From contig CAVKYE010000004.1 in the NCBI GenBank assembly GCA_963660615.1, positions 11,465-75,464 on the forward strand: 64,000 bases of DNA, given 5' to 3'. The DNA comes from Vescimonas coprocola (lineage in GTDB: Bacteria > Bacillota_I > Bacilli_A > RF39 > UBA660). How positions within the stretch are numbered: the first letter of the stretch is position 1; each line of letters starts with the position of its first letter. The notes beneath the pieces were generated by a model that did no database searches, was not told the origin of the DNA, and saw nothing but the letters and a program-made list of their open reading frames with translations. This document shows positions 1 through 11,000 of the stretch, in pieces. A program made the position numbers and the translations under genes.

Positions 1-842
1 ATAGCAGGTGTAACAGTACCAAAATAATCAGCATAGTTAGCAGCTTTAGCACTACCTAAAGTAATACCCTTAGTACTATCAAAGATAGTTTTAATACCAT
101 CATAAGCAACTGCATCATTACCGGCAGCAGCAGTTAAAGTATTAATTCCATAAGTATCACGAGCATTAGCAACACCATATGACGTATGAACATCATAATT
201 AGGTTCCCAAATCTTAACAGGTGAAGCCTCACCATTATTTAACCCTTGAATATTAGCAATACTATCATCACTTGTAGTATGACCCAAAGTAATAAATCCA
301 ACTCTTGTAGCATTCTTAATACCAGTATCTTTGGCATCTTTAAATTCTACTTTAGAATTAGCAGTCAAATAAAGATCAGTTGCAGTTTCAGTTTTTAAGA
401 ATAAATCATAAGCAACAAACGCTCCAGTTGAAGCATCACCAGAAGCATTAACTTCAGTAGATTTAGTAGAACTTAAAATCCAATCACCATTATCATTAGC
501 AGCAACAGTACCTAAGAACATTTCCATCTTACCAGTACTATCCACAGTTCCAACAGTTGAAACAGGCTCAAGAGTATTAGGAATTTGGTTAACCGCATTC
601 TTATAATTACCGCTTGCTCCAGTAATATCAGTATTAGTCAAAATAGACTTCCAATTCTGCCCATCTGCAGAAATTTGTAAACCACTCTTAGCAGTTACAT
701 TAACATCAATAGGATTAACAGAAACAGTCTTATTAGCCGTAAACCATGCATAAGTTGCAGTTCCTAAAAAAACACCAGTGCCTAACAACAATAATAGCGA
801 AAGCAACAATCGTCTTTGTTTCTTTTTCTTATTTTTTTTCAT
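1..842 (-). CDS. TasA/camelysin-like exported protein, N-terminal part only (gene runs off left edge); paralogue of 12142..13122
   Basis: Open to window edge so absent from ORF track. Minus-strand ATG at 842 with AAGGAG 6 nt upstream. My translation MKKNKKKKQRRLLLSLLLLLGTGVFLGTATYAWFTANKTVSVNPIDVNV...; KIWEPNYDVHTSYGVANA matches IWEPNYDVHTEYGVSNA of 12142..13122. Confidence 0.75.
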   Translation of the reverse strand, partial: MKKNKKKKQRRLLLSLLLLLGTGVFLGTATYAWFTANKTVSVNPIDVNVTAKSGLQISADGQNWKSILTNTDITGASGNYKNAVNQIPNTLEPVSTVGTVDSTGKMEMFLGTVAANDNGDWILSSTKSTEVNASGDASTGAFVAYDLFLKTETATDLYLTANSKVEFKDAKDTGIKNATRVGFITLGHTTSDDSIANIQGLNNGEASPVKIWEPNYDVHTSYGVANARDTYGINTLTAAAGNDAVAYDGIKTIFDSTKGITLGSAKAANYADYFGTVTPA

Positions 843-1126
843 ACACATCTCCTTCTATTCTATAAAGATATTATCACATTTTGTCAAAACAAGCAAGTAA
901 AAAATAAATAAAAAATAATTTTGTTCATTTATTTTACACAAATAAAAACAACTAAAATTAAAAAAATACTTCTTTATTCTTTATAATATTATATATAAAA
1001 CAAAAAACATAACCATTATAAAAATTGTATTTTAACTTTATCATACACTAAGCAAACTATAAAGGTAATTTTTTTGACAAATTACACGCAAAATAAAAAA
1101 ATGTAAAAAAGTGTAAAAAAAGAACA

Positions 1127-1690
1127 CTAAACCTGTTTAGCGTTCAAACTAATTTCCACATTATCAATCATACTCTGATACATATCGTCATTATACTCAC
1201 TAGGAAAATTAATCACAAGTTTATAAGTATCAGTTTTCTTAACACCCTTAGAAAAACTAGAAGCTGGAATACTAAATTTAAAAAAATACATTCCATCTTT
1301 ATCAGTAATAACTTCCTTATTACCAATAATATTTTCCGTAGAATCATTCAAAAATAAACTATAATTAACAGGAATATTAGTTGTCGTTCTAATAGACAAA
1401 GAATAATCCAAATCAACTTCACTAACCTTATTATCTTTAAAATTAGAAACATCAATATAATAAAAATTATCATTACCATCAGGCTTAACATCACTAAGTT
1501 TCAAGCTCTTTGACTGTGTCCCAGCAGAAATAGCAAAAAAAGCAACCGAAGCTTTCGCACTACCCTCTCCAGAACTCTCAAAAGAAGCAAAAGAATGCCT
1601 AAGCAAAAGTAAAAGCAAAAGCCCCAAGATAATAACTAAAGTAGCCCTATTAAACAACAAAAACTTACGCTTATCAATCATTTTTACCAT
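1127..1690 (-). CDS. small exported protein with SipW-type signal junction (..LRHSFASFESS); TasA-like small paralogue
   Basis: Track ORF 187 aa. Basic n-region, Leu-rich h-region, SFASFE junction. Overlaps upstream sipW-like gene by 17 nt. ATG at 1681 has better spacing to GAAGG and may be the true start. Confidence 0.7.
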   Translation of the reverse strand: MVKMIDKRKFLLFNRATLVIILGLLLLLLLRHSFASFESSGEGSAKASVAFFAISAGTQSKSLKLSDVKPDGNDNFYYIDVSNFKDNKVSEVDLDYSLSIRTTTNIPVNYSLFLNDSTENIIGNKEVITDKDGMYFFKFSIPASSFSKGVKKTDTYKLVINFPSEYNDDMYQSMIDNVEISLNAKQV

Positions 1691-2246
1691 CCTTCATCTT
1701 AATCCCAGAAAAATAAATTCCAAAATCATCAGATTTAGTAAGATGTCTCTTACCAGTATAAGAAAAGGCCAAAGAAAATAAAAACAAAGTAACACAAATC
1801 AAAACAATAATTTTGGGTGTTGTAATAACCTTAAACCATACACCATAATTCGGAAGAATCTTAACAACCTTACCAACAACATCCTTTTTCAAAACAGCCT
1901 TATCAGAAGTATTATTAGCATCTCCCTTAGTAACATAGCCATTCGCTGTAACAGAAACAACCCTATGAGTAACCAAAACATCATCAGACTCAAAAGTAAT
2001 AATATCAGAAGCTTTTGCTTCATCAGTAAGCTTAACCAATATTAAATCATTAGTTGTAATAGCAGGAGCCATACTATTACTACCAAGACTAAAAACAGTA
2101 TAAGAAAAGAAATTAACATACTTATGTGATAAAACATTTAAACAAATAAAAGAATAAACACATAAAACAATAACAAAAGAAAGTAATACAAACAAAATAT
2201 TACTAACAATCTTCGTTATTAAATATATATAATCACTTTTCATCAA
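1674..2246 (-). CDS. sipW: signal peptidase I, ER/archaeal (SipW) type
   Basis: 190 aa. N- and C-terminal TM segments; GSNSMAP (Ser box), NDLILVKL, LVTHRVV (His box), TKGDANN (Asp box), as in B. subtilis SipW (SGSMEP / THR / GDNN). Confidence 0.85.
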   Translation of the reverse strand: MMKSDYIYLITKIVSNILFVLLSFVIVLCVYSFICLNVLSHKYVNFFSYTVFSLGSNSMAPAITTNDLILVKLTDEAKASDIITFESDDVLVTHRVVSVTANGYVTKGDANNTSDKAVLKKDVVGKVVKILPNYGVWFKVITTPKIIVLICVTLFLFSLAFSYTGKRHLTKSDDFGIYFSGIKMKDGKND

Positions 2247-2251
2247 ATCAC

Positions 2252-2815
2252 CTACTTATACTGTACAAATTTAATACTGACTGGCACCTCAATATAATCC
2301 AAATTAGACCCTATACTAGAATCAACATCATTATACTCATCACTATTTTTCCAACTAAACGTGACCTTAATATAATACTTTTTAGAAGCTTTAATCTCAC
2401 TCAAAGAAGCAAGACCACTATAAACGCCATCAGCCAAAGTTAAAGTAGTACCATTAATACCAGAAACCTCATCAACAACAATTTGTGGATAAACTGAAGA
2501 CAAATTGACACTCAAATAATAATTAAATGAAGTCTCAGTATCCTTAGGATCAATAACAATAACAAAAGCTCCTTTAACCCCAGGTGCAAATTTAGAAACA
2601 CTCATCCCTTCTTCATCAGTATACGTAATTTCGTTAACAGTAAAAGTCTTATTTTCACCAGTTAAATCACTTTCATTAACACTAATATGCCATTTTGCAA
2701 TAGACAAATCCGTAGAAGAAGTAACCTTAGTTTCAAAAAGTCCAAAACTATTAACAATTTGAAATAATGTAAAAACAAGACATAATACTCCTAGAAATAT
2801 TAAACATTTTTTCAT
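2252..2815 (-). CDS. small exported TasA/camelysin-like protein (SipW-type signal junction ..IVNSFGLFETK)
   Basis: 187 aa. Shares AKW-I-VN and APGxxGxF motifs with 14426..15007. C-terminal YYIKVTFSW..acidic loop..VPVSIKFVQ pattern. ATGA overlap with upstream gene. Confidence 0.75.
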   Translation of the reverse strand: MKKCLIFLGVLCLVFTLFQIVNSFGLFETKVTSSTDLSIAKWHISVNESDLTGENKTFTVNEITYTDEEGMSVSKFAPGVKGAFVIVIDPKDTETSFNYYLSVNLSSVYPQIVVDEVSGINGTTLTLADGVYSGLASLSEIKASKKYYIKVTFSWKNSDEYNDVDSSIGSNLDYIEVPVSIKFVQYK

Positions 2816-3339
2816 TCTTCAATTGGAGTCTTAATTTCAATAATAACCCTGTATACTTCATACAAGAAAATAATCAAAGTAGGCAAAATAACCAAAAGTA
2901 AGAAACCATACTTAGACTCAAGAAGAGACAAAATTTTTCCTAAACCACTATAACATTTAGCAGTCTCAGTTTTACCAATTAAACTTTCACTAGAAATATC
3001 ATGATTACCATTAACAGTAAAAGTACTTTCAGTATCAGTAATAGTCTCAGTCTTAGTTACCTTACCAACATTAATAGTAGCAATACCATTAGAAACTTCA
3101 TAAAAGAAAATTTCATCCCCAACCTCAACATCACTATTTAAAGTCTTCTTAAAAACAACTAAATCACCACTTTTATACTTGTCACTTTTATCATCAATAA
3201 TAATTAAACTATTTCCATTAACAACCGATACCTTATAATCGTTATAACATAGTAACAAGCCAGTCAAAATGATAACAATTACAAAATATATAGTAATAAG
3301 AATACCTCCAATAATTTTCAAAACTTTTTTCATATACAC
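2812..3339 (-). CDS. SipW-like signal peptidase paralogue with all catalytic boxes substituted (probable pseudo-peptidase)
   Basis: 175 aa. Same N-TM / C-TM architecture and GDLVVFKK core as 1674..2246, but NGNSLI replaces SGSMEP-type box, ATINV replaces THR box, NGNHD replaces GDNN box. Confidence 0.6.
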   Translation of the reverse strand: MYMKKVLKIIGGILITIYFVIVIILTGLLLCYNDYKVSVVNGNSLIIIDDKSDKYKSGDLVVFKKTLNSDVEVGDEIFFYEVSNGIATINVGKVTKTETITDTESTFTVNGNHDISSESLIGKTETAKCYSGLGKILSLLESKYGFLLLVILPTLIIFLYEVYRVIIEIKTPIEE

Positions 3340-3383
3340 ACTCCTCTATAATAATTCTATCACAAAAATACTAAAAATAAAAT

Positions 3384-4904
3384 CTACTTTTCATAATTTG
3401 AAACAATTAACTTACTCTTCTTTACACTCTGCAAATCACAAATCGAAACACCATATTTAGAAAGAAACCTAGAAACTCTAAGCTTTTCTAAATCAGAAAT
3501 AATAGAATCTAAAGAAGAAAGCAAAGATTCCTTTTCAATATTCACATTAAAAAGTCGATAGTTAGAAACAATAATAGAAGCCACATCCACATCATCTAAA
3601 ATAGTTAAATTAGAAATAACCGTATTATCAGGATCTAAAACAAACAAAGCTAAAGAATCAAGTAAAGAAGAAATTTCATTGTAAGAATAATCAGAAGAAG
3701 ATTTAAAATAAGAAGCAAGTATACCATAATTTTGAGCCATCAAAAGCAAAGCTTTAAAAATAGTAGAATTATCCTTCAAACATTCCTTAATCTTAACTTT
3801 CATAATAGAAGAATCAATCTCATCATAAACAACCTTAATTTGATCAATTAAATCATTAATAATAGGCTCATACTTATCAACCTTAGTAAGAGACAAACGG
3901 CGACTAGACTTTTTGTTCAAAGCAAACAACTTAGATTCAAGCTTACCAATTTGTTTAAATCTTTTACCCAAAAAATCCTTTTCTAAATCTTCTTTATATA
4001 ACTCTCTTATCTTATCAATTAAAGAAACATAAGATTGATACTCCTTAAATTCATAAAGAGAATTCAAAAGCTTATTAAGAGCCTTTTCATCTAAAGAACC
4101 ATTAAACAAATTACTAATAATCGCCCCAATCTTTTCATCAGTATAATCATCAGGATTAAAAACATCATTATAAAAATTATAAAGCAAATTATTTTTAGAA
4201 GAAACCCTAGCTAAATCATACTTTCTTCTCGCATTCGAATAACCATCAATCAAACCCTGTTTAGAAGAAAAATTAGAAAGCAAAGACCTATTATAATTTT
4301 TAATATACCTATTAAAAGAACCAATATTCTTTAAATATAAAGATTTAAAATTAAGAATAATATGCATAACCAAATTAGGACATTGCCAAAAAATAGAATC
4401 AAAAGAAGATTTTAATTCATCGCAAGATAAATCCTCCCGAAACACGAAAAACTTAGTCATATATTGATTAACATAAGAACTATATCTAAAAGAAGAAGCA
4501 GAAATACAAACAGAGACCCTATCAAAAATAGAAACACATTCATCAATCTTCTTATTTAAATAATTAAAACTATCCGGCATATCCTCATAGCAAGATAAAT
4601 CATAAATAACCCTATCAAAACCAAGTTTCTCATAAGGAGTATTCATATCAGTAGTATAAAGTAAATCATCATAAAATTTAGAAACATCAGAATACAAAGA
4701 GCCAAAATCATCAAAGACAAGACTATCATAACAAGAAAGTCTATTTTTAAATTCCAAATAAATATTTTTCAAAATCCCTTCATACTTACTAATTTCTAAA
4801 GAAACATCATTAAAAACCTTCTCTTTATTCTTCAAAGTATCAAGAGGCATACTTTCAAAAACCTCAGTTGCAGCTTCAATATCCTTAGTTAACTTTTCCA
4901 ACAT
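3384..4904 (-). CDS. hypothetical cytoplasmic protein, 506 aa, no TM or signal, no family recognised
   Basis: Long uninterrupted ORF inside the fibre operon. Start ATG 5 nt after the AGGTGA that ends the 33-aa ORF upstream. Confidence 0.7.
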   Translation of the reverse strand: MLEKLTKDIEAATEVFESMPLDTLKNKEKVFNDVSLEISKYEGILKNIYLEFKNRLSCYDSLVFDDFGSLYSDVSKFYDDLLYTTDMNTPYEKLGFDRVIYDLSCYEDMPDSFNYLNKKIDECVSIFDRVSVCISASSFRYSSYVNQYMTKFFVFREDLSCDELKSSFDSIFWQCPNLVMHIILNFKSLYLKNIGSFNRYIKNYNRSLLSNFSSKQGLIDGYSNARRKYDLARVSSKNNLLYNFYNDVFNPDDYTDEKIGAIISNLFNGSLDEKALNKLLNSLYEFKEYQSYVSLIDKIRELYKEDLEKDFLGKRFKQIGKLESKLFALNKKSSRRLSLTKVDKYEPIINDLIDQIKVVYDEIDSSIMKVKIKECLKDNSTIFKALLLMAQNYGILASYFKSSSDYSYNEISSLLDSLALFVLDPDNTVISNLTILDDVDVASIIVSNYRLFNVNIEKESLLSSLDSIISDLEKLRVSRFLSKYGVSICDLQSVKKSKLIVSNYEK

Positions 4905-4908
4905 AAAA

Positions 4909-5010
4909 TCACCTACTTTCCTGCTTCTTTTTCTCTAAAAACTTTAAATAAGCTTCAATTTTATTAAAACATTCAATAAGCTCATCCATAGATAAATCAT
5001 TCAAATTCAT
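4909..5010 (-). CDS. 33-aa micro-ORF MNLNDLSMDELIECFNKIEAYLKFLEKKKQESR
   Basis: Below ORF-track size cutoff. ATG at 5010 preceded by GGAGG (5016..5020, overlapping the TAG of the giant gene) with 5-nt spacing. Its last codons AGG TGA form the RBS of the next gene. Confidence 0.45.
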   Translation of the reverse strand: MNLNDLSMDELIECFNKIEAYLKFLEKKKQESR

Positions 5011-5019
5011 AAAAACCTC

Positions 5020-8000
5020 CTATTTAATAATAATATAAGTCTCACAATCACCAATAAACGTATCACCATCATATAAACTAAAAACAAATTTGTAAGTACC
5101 ACTTTTTAAAGTAGACTTCAAATAAAGTGTCTTCTTAGAAGAAGAATCCGGATCAGAAATAAACATATATTCATTTTCAGAAACACTATCAAGTCTATTA
5201 GTAATAAAATCAAACAAATTAACTTTAACATAAGACGTATCATACAAATCATTATACTCACGTCTATAAAGAGAAACCCTAATAGATGGATTAATTAAAT
5301 TAGATGAATAACCAGTATCAAAATCCAAAGCATTAGTACTCTTAACATTAACACCACTATCACTATCAATAACAACCTCATCATCAGGAAGCGTAACATT
5401 AAGTCCATAAACGCTATCAACAATAGTAAATGGAATCTCATAAGAAGAAGCAGAAGAACCATAATAAATACCATCAGAAGAACCAAAAGCCTCAATTTTA
5501 AACTTATAAGTGCCACTAGACAAATTTAAATTTTCCGTATTAACTTTAATCTTACCATACCAATTAGCCACTTTATCAGCAACCGAAATACGAACACTAC
5601 CATCCATCCTTGGATAATAAACCTTATCCTTATATTCATAAGTCAAACCAAGCAAACTACTATTATTAAGTCTATTACCATTATTATCATAAATAGAAAT
5701 TTTAACCCCCATTTTCTTATCAAAATAAGTAGTATCTGTAACCGGAAGTGAACCAACAAGCGGTTGAGTAAAATTCGCATTTAAACTCAAACTAGGAGTA
5801 TCACCTAAATAAACCTTAGAATCATTAATAGAACCAGACAAATCAATAGATGCTTTACTATCATTATACAAATTATAAGTAAGTGCAGAATGTTGAATAC
5901 TAAGAACGCTAATCAAAGTCTGGTCATTTTTATTCCTTAACTCAAGCAAAAGTTTCTTATCAGTAACGTCCGAAGAAATAGAAGTATCTTCAAAAGAAAC
6001 ATTAAAAATAAATTCCTCTAAAACATAACCCGATTTATAATACCGACTATTATTCAAAGATTCATCAAAATTATTCGAGGAACTAGTAGAACCCATAGCC
6101 ACAAAATTACTAAGATTATAAGAACACTCACCATACTTCTCATACTCAGAAGAAGCACGGTTAACATCATCCTCAGAAACAACATAATAATAGTAAGTAT
6201 TATTAGCCAAATCAATCATCGTAAGCTTAGTATTAAGTGGAAAAACATAATCAGAAACTAAAGCATGATAATAACCATCCTGATAATATTGCTTATCAGA
6301 TTTCATATATAAAGAATAATACGCACTAAGATTAGACTTATTAGTAATATTCGTCGCCGTAGAAGCAAACAATCCATATTTCTCACCAGCCGCCATAGCA
6401 CCTTCATAATCATTATCACTATATAAAGCCGAACTCAAAGTAATATTAATATTAACACGAGTAACTTCATTATTTAAATCATCAATAGGCTTAATTGCAA
6501 GAAGTGAAATAACAACCGTACCAATTTCACGATTCAAAGTAATATTCTTTGAATGATACAAATAGAAAAGCAAAGACGGAACAGTAGAAGAGTTCTCAGC
6601 CTGATAATCACGCGTACCATCAATTGGAGTCTTAGAATCAGAAAGAAAATTAGTCTGACCTTTAGTAATAAAACCAGTATTAGAAGATTCCATAGAAAGA
6701 GCCATTCTATCATCAGCCGTTCCACTATTATTAACACGCGAAACAGAAGAAGGGGAAACAAGCTCAAAACCATCCTCCAAATTTTGATAATTAAAACCAA
6801 TAATTTCGTAAATCGTATTAGCACCAGCAGAAGCAGTCAAAGGAAGTTCATAAGTACCTAAAGTAGAATATTTAGATGCCGTCAAACTAAAATCATAAGT
6901 TGTAACCTTCTCCCCAATAACCCACATATAATAACTTGCATCACTAGGAGTAGGTTCAATATATTTAGCCTGAACAACTGAAGCCTTTTCCTCATTTTCA
7001 TAATTAGAATAAAATCCATCCTTAGTAATATCATGATTAGAAGTATGCATACCTAAAACATAACTACCAGAAGTAAATGAATAAAATTCACCAGATAAAA
7101 CCGAATCACCACTATTATACTTATTATTATAAAAAGCTGTAGAAACCTTGCCATTACGATCAAGCTGATACATACCAAAAAACGTCATACCACTTACCTT
7201 ACCATAACTAGTAACCGCTTCATTAGTAGCAATATTCAAATTTTTATTTTCAAGCATATAAACACGATTATTAACATTACGAGTAACATTATCACCATCA
7301 ATAGTAACACTAGCCTTTTCTTCAGTAGCACCGCTAATCTTCAAACTAGAAAACTTTTCAAGTAAATTAGTACCATTTCCCAAAAACAAAGTACTGCCAT
7401 TTGCGAGCTTAAGTTCCTTAACCCTACTAATACTAAACTTAGTATTTGAATACTCATTAGTTCTATCAGTAGTTCCCTCTAACTTAATAGCAGAATTCTT
7501 AATAGTAACAATATCAGCCCTTTGAATAGAAATATTTTCCTTATACTCATCAAAAGTACCATAATTACTAATATTAATATAACTATATCCTTTAGTACTA
7601 GATGCATTACCACTACCGAAAATAGAACCTAAAATATCAAACTGCTTATAACCATTCCCATCAATGTTAATAGTAATACCCTCAGTAACACTAATAAATG
7701 AATAATCATAATTGGTATCACCCGAAGCATTAGCCTCGCCACCACCAAACACAGTACCACCAATATTAATATTAGTCTTAACATAACTATCAACCGAAGA
7801 ACCAATATTCAAAATCGTCTTACCATATAAAATAGCCGTATTAGCACCACCATAAACATTACCAGAAATACTAGCACCTGCAATATTAACAGTACTAATA
7901 GATTTTGTACTATCCTTACTACCTGTATTAGCAGCATTACCTCCACCAAACACATGCTTAGAAATAACCGAATTATTATCAATAGTTAAAGTAGTATTAC

Positions 8001-11000
8001 CACTAACAATAGCTGTATTACCATTACCACCAGCATAAATACTTCCCAAAGACGTTGCATTAGATACATAAACATCAGTATTACCAAGTACAGTACCTAA
8101 ATTACCTCCACCAAATAAATCAGATGAAATACTAGAATTTTTAAAAACAACCTTCGTATTATAATTAACAGTAGCCTTATTACCGCCACCATAAAATTTA
8201 CCAGTCACAGTAACATTAGATACATTAACATTCGTATAATCAGTAGCAGCCTCATTACCTCCACCATAAATATTATTATAAGAACCACCATTCAAATCAA
8301 CAGTTGCAGTTTCCGTAACACCACCTTGATTATTACCACCATAAATATTATCAATCGAAACATCACTAGAAGTAGAAGTAATATTACCACTAGCTACAGT
8401 ACCACTACTATTACTACCACCAAACACAGAAACTGAACTACCAGAAACCAACTCAACATTAGTCTTTGAAACACCAGCCTCATTACCACCACCATAAATA
8501 GAAGTAACAGAAGACCCATTTAACTTAACATTAGAAGTATCAGTAGAAGTTTTATTACCCCCACCATAAACAGAAGTAATAATACCACCATTTAACTTAA
8601 CATTAGAAGTAGTAGTAACACCTCCTTGATTATTACCACCATAAACAGAAGTAATCGTTCCACCATTAATAGAAACATTACTAACAGGAACATCACCAAG
8701 AATATTAGAACCACCATAAACATTTTCGATAGTTCCACCACTAACTAAAACAGAAGTCTTAGAAACAATGCTAGCCTGTTGACCACCACCATAAACAGTA
8801 CCGACCAAACCACCACTAACATTAACATCACTAGTGTCAGTATCAGTAAGCTTACCTCCACCATACAAATTAGTAATCGCCCCAGAACTCACATCAACAG
8901 AAGTAGTAGTAGTCTTACCACCAACATTATTGCCTCCATAAAGATTTGTTACATTTCCACCAGTTACATTAATAGTAGAAGTCTCTACATCTCCGCTTTC
9001 ATTACTACCACCAAAAACATTTGTGCAATCACTACCAATTTGATATACATATGTTTTTGTTACAGCCGTTTTATTACCACCGCCATATGCAGATTCTACA
9101 GTTCCACCATTTAAATATACCTTAACCGTTCCATTTGGAGTTCCTGCCGCATCATTACCACCAAAAGCATTTGTAACTTTACCATTATTTATCGTAAGAG
9201 TAACATCACCAGTTACATATGGTGTATTGCTATCATCACCTTTACCTCCACCAAATACATTATTAACAGTACCACCATTTACATTAACAGCAGTTTTATA
9301 AGAACTTACAGAAGTAGTTTTACTCTTATCATTAACCGTACCATATGCACTTCCACCATATGCTGAACCCGTTAAATTTAAAGAATTAGTACTATCACCT
9401 AAATTTACTGTAACATTTTGTGAAACAACAGTACCACTACCAAGTCCACCACCAAATACATTATTAACACTACCCTTTAATATATCCAAAGTAACATCAC
9501 CGTAAAGTGTTCCTTTTTGATTAGAACCACCATATATTCCACCAGTTACACTACCACCTGTCATCGTTATACTAGTTGGAATACTAACTTGCCATTCTTT
9601 TCCAGAACCACTATTATTTCCAGAACCAAATACCGATCCAATAGTTCCACCTAAAATATTAATACTTACACTACCATTACTGCTAGAATTATAACCAACA
9701 GTTCCATAATTTCCACTACCATATACATTCTTCTTTATTGTAGCCTCATCATTAATAACAATAATTGAATTATCAACCGATCCAATAGTTGCATAACTAG
9801 TATTACCATTTCCAGCACCAAAAACAGAACCACTTTCAGCACCAAACAATGTACTATTATTATTTATATACTCATCATTACCAATAGTAGCCGTTCCACC
9901 AATATAAACATAACTACTTCCAGTTAAAGTACCATCAGAACTAGAACCATCATGACCATTACTACCACCAAAAACACTATAATTAACCGTTCCACCAGTT
10001 ACCTGAATTATTCTATTTCCATAAGTAGTAGATGTTCCAGCACCACCAGTAATCATATCAACTACTCCACCAGTCATATAAATCATAACATCATTTTTAC
10101 TACCCCTACTACTATCAGTAAGCGGACCACCAATCAAATTATAAATATATCCACCTTCTATTTTAGCAGTCTTTGAAGCATAATGAGTCCCAGAATAACG
10201 ACCTCCAACATAAATCCCAGTTGTTAAATCATATTTACTACTTCCAAAAGTTCCACTTTTAACTACAGTATTTAATGCAGCTATATTATCATTATCAGAT
10301 GAATAAATATTAGCATACCAACTACCAGATACACAATAATAAAAATCCAAATAACTATTATTACTTGTAGCCCTGTCATAATCATTACCATATATAGCAT
10401 TCATCTCCGTGTACAAAGATGAACTCCAACCTCGATCATTAGCTCCCGTAGTTGAACTAGCCGAATTATAAAAACCACTTTCAACCATAATAGTAAATCT
10501 TTTAGGATTACTACTACTACCAGTATCAGAACTATCCCAAGAATTAGAAGAATTAGCCCCAGCTATAATTGAATCAAACGTTTTATAACTACCACTTTGC
10601 TTTATACCACGGCCTATTTTAACATTTTGATAATTACCATAAAAAACACCAGAACCACTTGAACTAGAAGTTGGAGCACTTGTAGAATTACTTTTCCGAC
10701 TATTAATAGTCATATTTTCTATTCTTAAAGCACCATAAGCCTTTATAGCAACATTAGAAACAGTCCATGTTGGTTTATAATCCGTACCATTATATATCCC
10801 AGTTAAAGTAAATGGCTTTGATGAAGAAGAACTCCAAGTACTAGAAACATTACCATTCATAACTAAAATATTAGTATCCCTTGTTGTTAAATAATAATAA
10901 TCAGTATTTTCATCAAATAATTCTAAAGAACCATCTGATTTATAAAATTGAATTAATTCATATACCTCACAACCACCACTAGTAGAGCAAGTACCACTTT

